From positions 84,940,001 through 85,004,000 of the forward strand of contig OZ024741.1 of assembly GCA_964016885.1 (NCBI GenBank): a stretch of DNA of 64,000 nt, in the 5' to 3' direction. Both the position numbers and the translations under genes were made by a program. This stretch comes from Eledone cirrhosa. Lineage: Eukaryota. Within the stretch, counting starts at the first letter, position 1, and each line of letters begins with the position of its first letter. The notes beneath the pieces are model-generated. The model was given only the letters and a program-made list of their open reading frames with translations. It did not search any database and was not told where the DNA came from. Shown here in pieces: positions 1 through 13,150 of the stretch.

Positions 1-1478
1 AGGTTTATTCCTGCTCAAGTTCCTTTATGATTCTTTCAGCATCCGATTCAACTGAGTCTGATTTTACAAGCTTCCCCTTCTTGAAAGTGGCTTTTGCACA
101 CTTGTCAAGTCCAAACTCCATCCTGATGTCATCGCTAAACGTTTTTACTTTCCGCAAAAGGCCTTCCAGTTCGTCATTATCTTTGCAATAAAGCTTCAAA
201 TCATCCATATAAAATAGGTGGCTTATTTTTTTGTTGTCAATTCTATAACCGTACACTGTTCTATTAAGCTCGGATGTAAAGTTATGCAGAACAGCAATCG
301 TGAAAGTGAGTCACCCTAGAATATACCACAGTTGATGTTTATATCCCTAGAGCACAGTACCCCAGTGGAATGAGACAATTGGAGATTTGTGTTCCATAAT
401 GACATATTGTGTTTCAGGAAGTTTGAGATCACAGGTGAGATTTTGAAAATGTCCAGTGATTTCAGAATCCATGAGTGTGGTATACTGTCAAAGGCTTTTT
501 TATAATCGATCCATGCAGAACTGAGATTTCTGTGTTTATTATGACAGTTCTCAAGGATCATACGATTAATCAAAAGTTGATCTTTGCAACCATATGAACC
601 TCGTCGGCACCCTTTTTGTTTAATGGGGAAAAGATTGTTCTCCAAAAACACATATGCTTTTTCCATGAGAATAGATGTTAATAGTTTATAAGTGGTGGAC
701 AATCAGGTTATGGGCCGATAGTTTTTTGGATCTTTGGTTTCGTTGTTCTTTGGTAGAAGGTAGGTAATGCCACTTGCTATCCAATCAGGTGTATTTTTAG
801 ATCTTTCATAATTCCATTAAACAGCTTGACCAATATATTGTGAGTGCACGGGAGTGAGGAATGCCAGAAATTTGGCACCCTGTCTCTACCAGATTTCTAT
901 TTATGAGATTTATTGAGTGATGTCCTTAAGTCAGCTATAGCGATGTTTTCCGACGCCTGTTCTTCTAAATTTGTGTAGGGTTTTTCCAGGCGACTAATCC
1001 AATCTACATTAGCATTATATGTCTTCTCATCACTCCAAATCTTACTCCAGAAGTTTTCAACTTCTTCTATAATTATTTTTCTCTTCCCTACTTCTCTATA
1101 AAATGACTTAGCATTGGATGAGAACAACTTATTTTGCCTGTAGAAGTTGTTTCGCTTCATAAATCTACGAATTCGTTGGGCTTTTACTTGGACTTTTTGT
1201 TTCAGAGATTCTTTTGTTGAAACTATTGATTCTCTAGAAAACAGTCCATATTTTCTCTTTAGCTTTCTTACCTTCTTGGATCTTATATCATTTCCAGCGG
1301 TTAACTCACTCAATAAAGATATTTCTCCTCTCGTTACGTCAATCTCCCTTTCGATTCTACTCCTCCAAATTGGTTTACCTCGAAGGTTCGACTTTATTTG
1401 TTTTGTTTTTTTTGTGGTAAACAACTTGTTTGAATTACTTTAGCAGATGCATAAATGGTTTCATTTAACTCAGTAAGA
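1..1478 (-). mobile_element. R4/Dong-clade (RLE-type) non-LTR retrotransposon fragment, N-terminal region plus RT, disrupted
   Basis: ORFs 897-1424, 316-702 and 5-256 give QKGCRRGSYGCKDQLLIN, WIDYKKAFDSIPHSW, ISHLFYMDDLKLY, FGLDKCA; stops and frameshifts between them; runs off the window edge. Confidence 0.85.
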
Positions 1479-1500
1479 TATTATTATTATTATTATTATT

Positions 1501-2938
1501 GTTCTTTGAGTCTCAGTCATTGATGTTATTTAACTGGAAAGTTTGTTGAAATGAATATCAAGCCGCTGCCTGCAGCCTCAAATGTTCAGGACGTATCGGA
1601 GGGTTCTTGCTGTTCCAAGCAAGCATGCATTTTTGAAGTGTTCCAAAACGCCGGGCTGGACTAATCTTCTTTAACCATCCTTCTATGACAATCGGGACGA
1701 GCTTGACTTCATGGCAGTTCCAAATCCGTTTTAACTCACACTTTAAGTCCTGCTATCATTTAATTTTCTCCCTCACCTTCTCTTTCACTCTCGTCTCGAA
1801 TGGGCAGGCCACATCCACAATCAGACACGATCTTTTTTCCTTGTCCAAAACCATCAGGTCACGTCTATTGTGTTCCAGTTTCTTGTCCGTCTGTATCCTA
1901 AAATCCCACAGCACCTTCACCTGATCGTTTTCTATCACCGACTCTGGCTTAATCTCATACCACTTCTCAGAATGTGGTAAATTGTTTACTTTGCATAGGT
2001 ACCAGTGGATCACCCTGCCCATCACATCATGTCTCCGGCCTTTAAAGTGAGTCTGGGCTAGGTGTTTACACTCGGATACAATGTGAGCCAGTCTCCTCTC
2101 TCTCTCCACAGATCCTGCACAGTGGGCTAGCCTCCTCCTTGTAAATATGGTGTTTCAGCCACTTCGTTTTGAGGGCCTGCTCTTGCGCAGCCATTAGCAT
2201 TCCTTCTGTAGCCTTTTTAAGGTCTCTTTTTAACCAGTTCCATGTCTGTGGATCTCTCAATTCAGTTTTCTCAAAGAAGGTACTATGAAGGTATTTTTCA
2301 TGAAGGCTGCTCTTTCTCCTTGTTGTTATTTCCTCCTTGGATATCCCCTGGTCTATTGTCCTCTCCTTCAGTACAATTCTGAGCATTGGCTCCTTACAAT
2401 CAGTCACGTATTTGTGGAGGTTGTTTTTCTCCATCTGAACACAGTCCTCTATGCTGATAAGACCTCTTCCACCTTCAGATCTCCTTAAGTAGAGTCTATC
2501 GACATCACTCCTCTTTTGTGGAACATGTTGTAGATAGTCAATAGCTTCCTAGTCTTCCTATCCATTTCTTTTTGTTCAGCACCATTCCATCTCAGAATTT
2601 CCGCACTGTACCTAATAATAGACACAGCTCGGGAATTTACTGCACTTATGGTATTCCTACTGTTCAGATGTGATTTTAATACGCTACTTACTCTCCTAAT
2701 GTACTCAGATCTTATCAATTCCTTCATTTTTTTTGTTCTTGATGTCATCAGCCTCCAGAACACCCAAATTCTTGTATCCTTTTCAGTGTCAATTTCCTTT
2801 ATCATCTCACCTGTTGGTAGCTGGATTCCGTTGCTTCTGCTCAATTTACCCCTCTTCATCACAATGACTGCACACTTACTAATACCGAATTGCATACATA
2901 TATTATTGCTGAAAATACGGACAGTGTCAACACGCACA
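1501..2938 (-). mobile_element. 5'-truncated R4/Dong-clade retrotransposon (RT thumb, CCHC knuckle, RLE endonuclease)
   Basis: FGISKCAVIVMKRGK; CRICGE...HIVSEC; RRHD; DLMVLDKEKRSCLIVDVACP; frameshifted; flanked by (TTA)n at 1479-1500 and 2939-3000. Confidence 0.85.
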
Positions 2939-3004
<66 letters not shown>

Positions 3005-3167
3005 GTGGATTGGCAGTATCTGTAGAGGGTCGGACGCTTTCCAGCATAGTTACGTCTCTTTACGATCTGAATTCAAATCCCGCCGAGGTTGACTTTGCCT
3101 TTCATCCTTACGGGGTCGACAAAATAAAGTACCAGTAATTGCTGGCCTTGTGCCTAAACTAGAAACA

Positions 3168-3170
<3 letters not shown>
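3005..3170 (+). mobile_element. tRNA-derived SINE (family A, MetaSINE-like core)
   Basis: A box TGGCAGTATCTGTAG, B box GAATTCAAATCC, core GACTTTGCCTTTCATCCTTACGGGGTCGA, (ATT)n tail; many copies in the window. Confidence 0.8.
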
Positions 3171-3206
<36 letters not shown>

Positions 3207-3402
3207 GTTGCTGTTGGTGGTGGTGGTGGTGGTGGTGGTGGTGGCGGCGGTGGTGGTGGTGTTGCTGCTGTTGTTGTTGTTCGTCATTTAGGTGAAGGTT
3301 TACTACAAATAAAAAATTGCTAGGAATGAATTGATTAGAAAAAGACATATTGCAGACAAACTTGATGAACTCTGCAATTGACCTTAAACTTTATAAATGG
3401 CA

Positions 3403-3453
<51 letters not shown>

Positions 3454-3837
3454 TGTGTGTCTGGATATGTGTGTGTGCGTGTGTGTAAAGAGACAGAGGG
3501 AAGAATGAGGGAGGGTGGGGAGAAAAGAGAATTATTAAACAAACTAGTGCACTTCACTTAAAACCACAAACAGTCCTTATTTTAAATCTTGTATTTTGCT
3601 CTGTTTCTGTTTGTTTGATAGTTTTTGCTGTTAGTCTGTATTAATGGCAGATGACATTGTGATGTTTGTATAAGTAGAAGTAGATTTATATGTACTGGGG
3701 CACAATTCCAATTAGGTACATAAACTTCATACTAGTTTCTTTATTTATCAAGTTCACTTTATAAATTTCCGAGGAGTATCACATTTATATTTTCATGTTG
3801 CAGTAATTGGCTTTCATGAAAAAAACTAACAGTATTT

Positions 3838-3839
<2 letters not shown>

Positions 3840-3900
<61 letters not shown>

Positions 3901-4013
3901 GTAATATTAATAATCAGAAGAGGAAGAAAGAAGAAGAAGAAGAAGAAGAAGAAGAAGAAGAAGAAGAAGAAGAAGAAGAAGAAGAAGAAGAAGAAGAAGA
4001 AGAAGAAGAAGAA
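3840..4013. repeat. (AAT)n and (GAA)n microsatellites
   Basis: Direct reading; explains poly-N/poly-E ORF 3807-4124. Confidence 0.95.
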
Positions 4014-4477
4014 TATAAAATGTTATTTCTTTTAATGAGACATGGGAAAGAAGCAGTTAATATCGTTAGCTTCATCTTCGTCCACGCCGTTAATTTTCGT
4101 TATCATTATTGTTGTTCGCAATAAACGGTCACGTTTCCCAGTGCTACACAAATATTTTCTACTAGAAATAGTACCTAGAAAAATGTTTGTTTTGGTTGAT
4201 TTTAACAGCAAAATAATACGGAACATTAGAAAGTTATCCTCATTATGCTTATTTATAAAATATGATTATTTTTCAGATATTATATTGTAAAGAAATTGTT
4301 TATTGCGAATATACATTTGATTCGGTTGTAATTGGTTCAATATGGCAACTTTTGAGTGGGACGAGTTGCTAGACAAAAGGATTAGCAGCAAATCTGCATC
4401 CAAAATTTTGTTTTTGTATTATATTTTTGAAAACGTATTTTTTTTTTTTTTTTTTTTTTTAGTAAAAAAGAGAAATT

Positions 4478-4651
4478 AATTGTTTCTATTTTAGGCACAA
4501 GGCCAGCAATTACCCAGTGCATTACTGGTACTTTATTTTATCGACCCCGTAAGGATGAAAGGCAAAGTCAACCTCGGCGGGATTTGAACTCAGATCGTAA
4601 AGGGACGTAACTATGCTGGAAAGCATGGCGTCCGACTCTCTACCGATACTG
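4478..4651 (-). mobile_element. SINE family A
   Basis: Reverse complement of 3005-3170. Confidence 0.85.
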
Positions 4652-5284
4652 AATGACAATGGAACATTCAGCTGGAATGTAAAAACATAGACAGTCACAA
4701 TTTGACAGGCGAAAATGCAATTTGAAGTTAAGGGGCTTTAATTAAAGCATCATAACTAACACAAACTTTGTTAGCGTTATATATATTACAACTTAAGAAG
4801 CACTGAGAAACTTTGTCCACTTTATATAATATATAGGCATGTATAAATATATATGTGTGTTTGTGAGTGTGTGTGTGTGGTGGGGGGGGGGTATGATCAT
4901 TATAGTTCTAGTTCTACCCAAATAAGTAAGCCATATATCAAGTTTAGAACTCGATGCAGTGTTGATATGGAAATACTATCGAAGCGATATTTTCTCCCAT
5001 GGGAAATAGGCATCTTATTACAAGTCGTTGAGCATTCAAACCTCACAGACTTAGATATTTAATATCAAAACACATATCCATTGTGCCATCTATCTTCAGA
5101 AACAGGTGCTACATATGGTCGATATACTTAATGTTTGCCCTCAGAAACGATCGTAAAACAATAGATTGATTATTTGTTTTTAAACAGCCATATATAAAAG
5201 CCGAACTGCAAATGAATATCTACACGTAATGTCACACACGTACACAAGCACACACATACATATGTATACATACATACAGACACA

Positions 5285-5358
<74 letters not shown>

Positions 5359-5764
5359 TATAAATAAACCCACATGCACACCGTGCATATAATATTTTCT
5401 TCACAGCACCACTCCACACTTTCTTAAAGAAGGAAATTAAATACGTCCACCTGTTTCTTCTGTAAATTAATAATGTGGTTTTTTTCAATGTGATTATATG
5501 ACGTTTCTTTATAATCTCGTTAATGTTTTCTTTCAAGAATGTTTTTCCCAATTGAAATATGGCTTTCAGAATTTCTCATTTGAAATTATTGAAACTAATA
5601 TGAACAAAAGCTGATTAGCCGCACACCATTAGCATTCTTCTGACTGTGAGAAAAAATAACTAAAACAACAATAATAGCAATTACAACGACAGCAACAATA
5701 TCAAACCATGTAGGGATATTTGACAAAATTGTCAAAAACAATTATATATATATATACATATGTT

Positions 5765-5896
<132 letters not shown>

Positions 5897-5910
5897 CATA
5901 TATATATATA

Positions 5911-5977
<67 letters not shown>

Positions 5978-6359
5978 AAATATAAAAGCATAATTTTAGA
6001 AAACCACCCAAAATATTTATGGCTTTTTACAAAGTCTTTGTCAAAATCCTATTATTGAAATCTTATGATTTATGATTTATGAATTACGAGTTATGAATTA
6101 TGAACTGATTTAATTATAATAAGAATTTATAGTAGAGCTTAAACACCTAATATCAATTGAACAATTACAAGTCGGCACTTGTAACTGGTGCAATTGGCAG
6201 GAGAATGTATAGGAGATAGTTGGTACAATAATATATATTGGTGCTACATATATACGAGAACTATATAGAGATTAGTACCATAATTAGATTGGTGCCATAC
6301 AGAAGGCTGTACCATACAGTGGGTGATGTTATACAACCTGCAGTAACATACACAGATTG

Positions 6360-6670
6360 GTGCCATAGCTCTGCGCCTTTCTAAATGTTTATCTATAAAC
6401 ATATCGTATTTCTTTAGAAATACGAAATTTCCATACATATCTGTATACAGCTATGCATGAAGCTAAATCCTAATTCTATTCTATTATAAGTTGAGCCAAC
6501 TTATGCAGCTTCATATAGAAATGAGATTAATCATCATTTACACAGACGAGAAAACTATATATTCTCGCCTGTTTTCACATCACTACAGGGCGATAGCCGC
6601 GGTGTATTGCATAGCTATGGCTTTCTAAATGTTTCTCTATAATCATATCGTATTTCTAAAGAAATTTCAA
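6360..6670 (+). repeat. Diverged copy of the 307-bp retrozyme-like family, hammerhead deleted
   Basis: Matches the reverse complement of 19551-19945 (ttataagttgagccaactt...catttacacagacgagaaaactatatattctcg...ggtgtattgcatagcta) but lacks the HHR segment. Confidence 0.7.
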
Positions 6671-6671
6671 T

Positions 6672-6781
<110 letters not shown>

Positions 6782-6836
6782 CTGTGTGTATTCATTTTTA
6801 TTAAGGCTAAAAACTTAAAAAGTAACAAGACTCACT

Positions 6837-6886
<50 letters not shown>

Positions 6887-7389
6887 CAGCATCGTTAACA
6901 GAGAATGCTGATGTCTGAGGTTATATATTTCATATATTTATTTCAAACTCGCAGGGATCTACCAGCCGGTCAGTCAGATGGACGGTCAAGTGGTCAAGTG
7001 GTCCGATACATGGGTGGTTGGGTGGATGGTTAGTCAATTGACAGAAGGCATAATCGCCATTATATGTTGTAGAGGAAGTATGAGATTCCGCAAATGTTTT
7101 CCTTAACAGCACGAACGATTCACAGCACGGGAAGATTGCCTTAAATCATGCATAAAGGTTTTGATTTCTATGTTGTGGCAAGTCTGACAAATTTCCCAAA
7201 TATCTATGCAGTGGGGGTGGCTAGATGGATGGACTGATGATGTCATACAAAAGCAACCAAATCGAGCATTAGAATAAAAATATTAATATAAGGTGGTGCA
7301 GAATTCAAGCATAAAGTGATATCAATTTGGTGCATAAAATGGTGGAATCCGTTGCAACTTCACGCTAGATTGCTTCTCATAGCTTCATT

Positions 7390-8022
7390 GCATCGCACAG
7401 TTAGATTGCATCACATAGTTACAATTCATCACACTACAACACATAGGTACTTTGTGCCACACAGCTAGAATACATTACATAGCTACACAACAACACAGAA
7501 CTATACTATAACAAAGAACTACACCAAGAACTACACAGCAACAAAGAGATACACTGCCTTACACAGCTACACTGATCATACAGCTAAACTGCATCGCACA
7601 CCTGCACTGCAACACATAGTTACTTCACATAGCTACAGTAAATAACAGAGCCACACTGCATTACACACTACACAGCAACACAGAGATACACAGTATTACA
7701 CAGCTATATTACACTGTTACATTACATTACACACTACACAGCAACACAGAGCTACACAGTATTACACTGCTATAATTACACTGTTACATTACTTTACACA
7801 GCTACACAGCAACACAGAGTGATATTACCTTACACAGCTATACAATATTACTCCAGCTACACTACATTACACAGCAACAAAGAGCTACATTATATTACAC
7901 AGCTACACAATATTACCCCAACTACATTATAGAGCTACATTACACAGCTACACTACATTACACAGCTACATTACGCAGCTACATTTCGTTACACAGCAAC
8001 ATTACACAGCTGCATTTCATTA
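7390..8022. repeat. Degenerate minisatellite, unit about 18 bp (ACACAGCTACACTACATT-like)
   Basis: Recurrent acacagctacac/acattacac words. Confidence 0.8.
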
Positions 8023-8029
8023 CGTGGCT

Positions 8030-8067
<38 letters not shown>

Positions 8068-8319
8068 TCTCTCTCTCTCTCTCACTTTCTCTTCTGTGAT
8101 AGACACACATTCTTCCTCGTTGTTAGATTGTTCACCCATCTCAGAAAACACGATCACAAAATATATTATTTTCCACAAACTAGTAAGGAAATATCAACTA
8201 ATAAGCTGGTAGACATAAGAACAACATTTGTCATCATATCACAACCCAGATCATATTGGATATTGTAATTCTAGATGTCCCTGTCGAATCATGATGGCCA
8301 TGGTTGTATTTCCTTTAAT

Positions 8320-8504
8320 AATTGATTCTACTTTTGTTACAAGGCCAGCAATTACCCAGTACATTACTGGTACTTTATTTTATCGACCCCGTAAGGATGA
8401 AAGGCAAAGTTAACCACGGCTGGATTTGAACTCAGATCATAAAGGGCCATAACTCTTTGCTGCAAAGCTTGGCGTCCGACCTTTTACTGATACTGCCAAT
8501 CCAC
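8320..8504 (-). mobile_element. SINE family A
   Basis: Reverse complement of 3005-3170. Confidence 0.85.
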
Positions 8505-8570
8505 GACATGGTGGTGTTAAACAAAAACATCTATTACTACTAGAATATTTATAGATTACTCCGCAAAATG

Positions 8571-8734
8571 CAGTCATTGGCAAACTGTGGCATGCGACCC
8601 ACATTCGGCCCGTTTGGCTTTCTGAGTGGAACTTTTTGTTTTGAAATTGCATTGAGGTTTTTGGTAATCTAGCCCGCTTTATAATGAGACACATACTGTG
8701 TGGCCCACTACTCGAGAAAGTTGTCATATAGCTG
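8571..8734. mobile_element. hAT/Charlie-like MITE, old
   Basis: Degenerate TIRs CAGTCATTGGCAAACT / AGTTGTCATATAGCTG, internal GGCCC motifs; TSD only partly conserved. Confidence 0.5.
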
Positions 8735-9189
8735 CTTTAATGCATTACATTGAGAAATAGCATTTAATACTGTAGTCCTATATAACACTAACAATGTGGT
8801 CGTTAAGCAGTGGGTATATTAGAAGCTAGAAAATGATGCCACGCAATGGGACTTTACCCCAAACCACTTGGGTGCTAAGAGAACTCCTTAACCACACAGC
8901 TATACCTGTGTCTATGATATTCATGTTTTGAAAAGAATGAATGCAGTTAGAAAACAAATTTACAAATGTCTTTCTCTGTGTTCTTACGCATGGTGACTGA
9001 CAAATATCGATTATAGTCCTTAATTATCTTGAATTGCAATTATTATCATAAATTGCATGTTTGTGTATTTTGTAAATATTTGTATTTTAATTAGATCACA
9101 ACAAACATTTACAAGTGTTCTCTGCATTCATACACACGGTGAGAGACAAATATTGATTCTTTTATTTGTTTATTCTGGTTTTATACTGG

Positions 9190-9460
9190 TTTTAATCATT
9201 GGACTGAAATCTTGCTAGGCCACTGCCTTGATTTATTCAATCATATTACCTTCAACAATTATTTTTCTGGCCTGGTACTTATTTTATAGATCACTTGGGG
9301 GGGGGGGGTTCTATAGTTTCCAACTGTTAAATTCCATTCTCAAGTCATTGATTAATATGTGGTTATCATAGAAGACGTTTACCCAGGTTTCCGTGCAGTA
9401 GAAATGAGCACAGAACTCAGTGTCTACGAAGCATATTCCTTAATCACACAGACATGCCTA
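9190..9460 (-). mobile_element. Diverged tRNA-derived SINE (family B); related head also at 8830-8912
   Basis: Similar to the reverse complement of the 40040-40275 head (ttaaccacacagc/ttaatcacacagacatgcct terminus). Confidence 0.5.
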
Positions 9461-11988
9461 GAGTTCTTGAAATTCTTAATAACTATTATTGTTGGTCGGG
9501 GAGGGAAGAGCAATGTCTTTAAACACTTCCAGAGCCTTTATGATTTGTGGGAGGGATGAAGAGCGATTTCTTCAAACTAGAAACGTAACTGGATTGCTAG
9601 TAATAGAATTAACTCTGCTAAAGATACCCAAGGTCCAGATGACGAGACTAAACTGACCAACGAATGAAATGTTCCAAAAACAACTAAGCCAACCCTCAGG
9701 AAGGATCAAAGAAAATCTTGTTCCATTGGTCTTTCCATTGCTGATACTACCTGTAGGCCGCATTTACTAGAGAAAGCGTCGTTATGTATTTTCTTGTGAT
9801 TGGAGGCGGGAATTGAACTCAGAAGGCAGTCGAAACAGCCAACACAAAGTATCCGGTCCAACACTTGAACAATTCTGTCAATCCCCTCCCCTTGACAGAT
9901 AACCTATGTATCGACTCCTCCCAACAGAGTCAAACTGATACTAAAATAAGACAAAACAGTAGTTTATAAAAGACTAAAGCGTTGATTTGTCTTAACTTAC
10001 TTCTAGTTTCACTTCTACCATGAATTGTAATTAAATCCCCAAATCAGCTTCAACTACATATTTTTACAATGCTACATATAAACTACACAATCTTTTCTCA
10101 TCAGGCTTTATATTAATTAAACATTATCTCCTACTAATTAATTATGTAAACGCAAACTACTGCATAAAATTATCAGCCGTATATTAATTTAACATTAAAT
10201 TCACTAAAATTAATCTTGTATACAGCAGAAACTCAGCATAATGTTAACAGACTTATGTTAATTAATGTAATATTAACAGCTTATAATTAGTCACTTATAT
10301 GTGTAAAGCACAGATTAATGCAATACATTAACAGTTCAATTTATTATTAGCCTTTTTAAATTAACCTAGTAAAGAACTGGAAATGTTACATAATATTAGT
10401 TTCGTGTGAATTAATTTAAATTTAGCATTCTTGAACATTAAGCGCATTAAATCTAGCAAAAGTAGTGTGAATTAATAGTAATATAGAAATATTCAACATA
10501 AAAACATTTCCTCATTGGAAATTCCAAATTTCCACCTGGAATCCTGAAATTTACCACCTGTTAAATGTTCTTCATGGTCAAAGTTCTAGATAAACAAAGA
10601 AAAGATTCGATATTTGTGGCTGGAAGGCTTTTGAGCATATCTTCGCTCTTAATCGGACGCCAAACAACAACGAATCTGTGAATCTCTAGGCTAAAGTGGA
10701 AGTCAGTGCAGAGTCGCACGAGCTGCTACTTGAAATTGATTTTAAAATCAATGCATAGATTCAGCAATGTAGTCATACACTGATATATATATATATATAT
10801 AGGTAATATTTATTAAAATAACATAAAATATAGGTTATATATATAGGTAATGAATTTGACAAGTCAAGAATGATCGTGTCTGAAGAAGGATTTTAGATCT
10901 TTTGTGGAGAGCCCATAAGATGGTTGGAGGTGTGGGATCTAATGCTTTTTGTACAAGAATTGCCTACTCGGATATATATTACGAAATTCAACTACACTAC
11001 ACAGTTCCAAGGCATTACCCGGATTCAAAGATTCTTCAATGTGTAGGTTTAGCAATCCACTCTACCCTCGAGCGCTCTACGTACTATACTAAACAAGAAC
11101 CGTAACCATCTAGGTTGGCTCCCCACAAGATTGCTTATTCTTTGTAAAATATCCTCACTCCTTCCTGCCGGACATAATCAAAGCTTCTTTTTCAAAAAGC
11201 CCAAGATGTTGTCAAGTGTCTGAGATGGAGCACATGACATTAAAATGGAAGCTTATAGGAAAAGCCGATCTTTTCAACCTAAAACATAAAATCATTCCCC
11301 TAAAGTAAATGAACTCACGCCTTTCTAGTCAGATCTTGTTTATTCGGTAATATCTCTTTCCGCAAACACACAAACTCATTCCAAAACAAACTAAGGCATA
11401 AAATGTTTTAGATCGTCCAATAAACACAAAATATAGACATGACATAAATCATCACCCTTCTCTTCTCATTTAAGAAAATAGCAGGTTAACTCCCCATTTC
11501 ACTCCTTCTACAAACCTACTTTTTAACGATTATCACCCCTAACGTTCGAACTCATTTATAAACGAAGGACGAAACTGATGAGCCAGGAGAGTCTTTGATA
11601 CCCCAAACTAGTGAAACACGTGTGTTCGGATGATGTATTGCTGATGTAATAAAATATTATATATGTGTGTGTGTATACTTACCATTAAAAATGTTGACCA
11701 CTCAGCTGAAATCTGACAAGGGAACTGACCTCGGTAGTGAAAACAACATATTGGTCTGTTCCCTTGTCTTTAATTGGCTTTCAGGGTATTATATATTTCA
11801 GGGTAATTTATGTTTGATGCTAAATCAGTTGCTGGCTTTCAAAGTATTTTTATGGTTTAGTCAAAGGGAGATCAGCAGCAACTTTCTTTGTCTTCTGAAG
11901 TACGTGTGTATGCGTTGATATTCTCTCTCTTTTCACTCAGTGTCTTTATCTTGCATTGCATTACCAATATAACGTTATTGTATAAAAC

Positions 11989-12070
11989 GCTGTCTGATGA
12001 GGAGGTGTTTATTGGTTGCGTGATCGAATCCTCGTGTAACAATGCGCTTCATTGAAATATGTATTACAGC
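11989..12070 (+). ncRNA. Type I hammerhead ribozyme motif with long stem II
   Basis: GCUGU-CUGAUGA(11994-12000)-53-nt stem II region-GAAA(12054-57)-UAUGUA-UU-ACAGC. Confidence 0.6.
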
Positions 12071-12129
12071 TTTATGAATAAAGGCATTACAAACCTTTTC
12101 CTCGGCTCTTCGTTATAACCCTTCTCGTA

Positions 12130-12176
<47 letters not shown>

Positions 12177-12180
12177 TTAT

Positions 12181-12274
<94 letters not shown>

Positions 12275-12919
12275 TTGTGTTTGTTGTCGTTTGTGTGTGT
12301 AAATATATATATCACAGTTAGTTTATGATTTTTCGACGACGTTTACATTCTGGCATTCGTTGTGTTATCATTGCAGCATCTGAATGTTCAAGGATTCCGA
12401 CAGAAAGAATACCTATAATTTTAATAGCATATAGATATATATGTGTGTGGGAGAGAGTGTGTGTGTGTGTTTGTTTATGTGTGTGTGTAAATACATATAA
12501 TGTACAAGAATGTTACGTGTGTAAATGTGCCTATAAGTATATGTGTCTATGTAAACCGCGTATACCTATATGTGTGTGTTTTATGTGTGTATCTGTGTGT
12601 ATCTGTGTATGAGTATATGAGCGCATTAGGTTATGTATGTATGTATCTATGTCTCTGGGTTTGAAAGTCAGTGTATGAGAATGTTGACAAATGATTTGAA
12701 ATGTTTTTTGTTCAAGTTTTTGTTTAATAATCTATTGATTTTCTTGTTTTGCTTTGAAAAACATAGAATCAAAAAAACGAAAGTTTCTCCGATATTTTGT
12801 TCTTCATACTTAAATTGTTTTTCATTTTTCCACCAAAAATGTACGTAACAATTTCATGACTTTACTTGTTTCTTAGAAATTGACACAATGGTTTTCAGAA
12901 TAAATAATACTTTAGTAAA

Positions 12920-13150
12920 CGTGTTTCACCACCATCGGTTCTGACGACGTGTGTTCCAGCGATTTGATCAACAAGCATCCTGTGACTTACAATTCCACAG
13001 CGTAATCTAGTGTGTGATAAGACTGGTTCAGGCGCAACTCAATGTGTCTAGATTAGTAAACTGGAGCAACGTATGAAGTGTCTTAAAATGCGCAGAGTGC
13101 AATCGAACTCACGACCTTATGTTCATGAGCCGAAAACATTAATCCCTTAA
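12920..13150 (-). mobile_element. Diverged SINE (family C); related pieces at 28400-28480 and 29340-29500
   Basis: gtaaactggagcaacg...aagtgtctt...atcgaactc shared with 45665-45895. Confidence 0.55.

Noticed and set aside
3005-3090. tRNA gene suggested by A and B boxes
   Set aside because: Belongs to a multi-copy SINE head; no cloverleaf
10875-10905. CUGAAGA followed by a hairpin
   Set aside because: No GAAA or stem III follows
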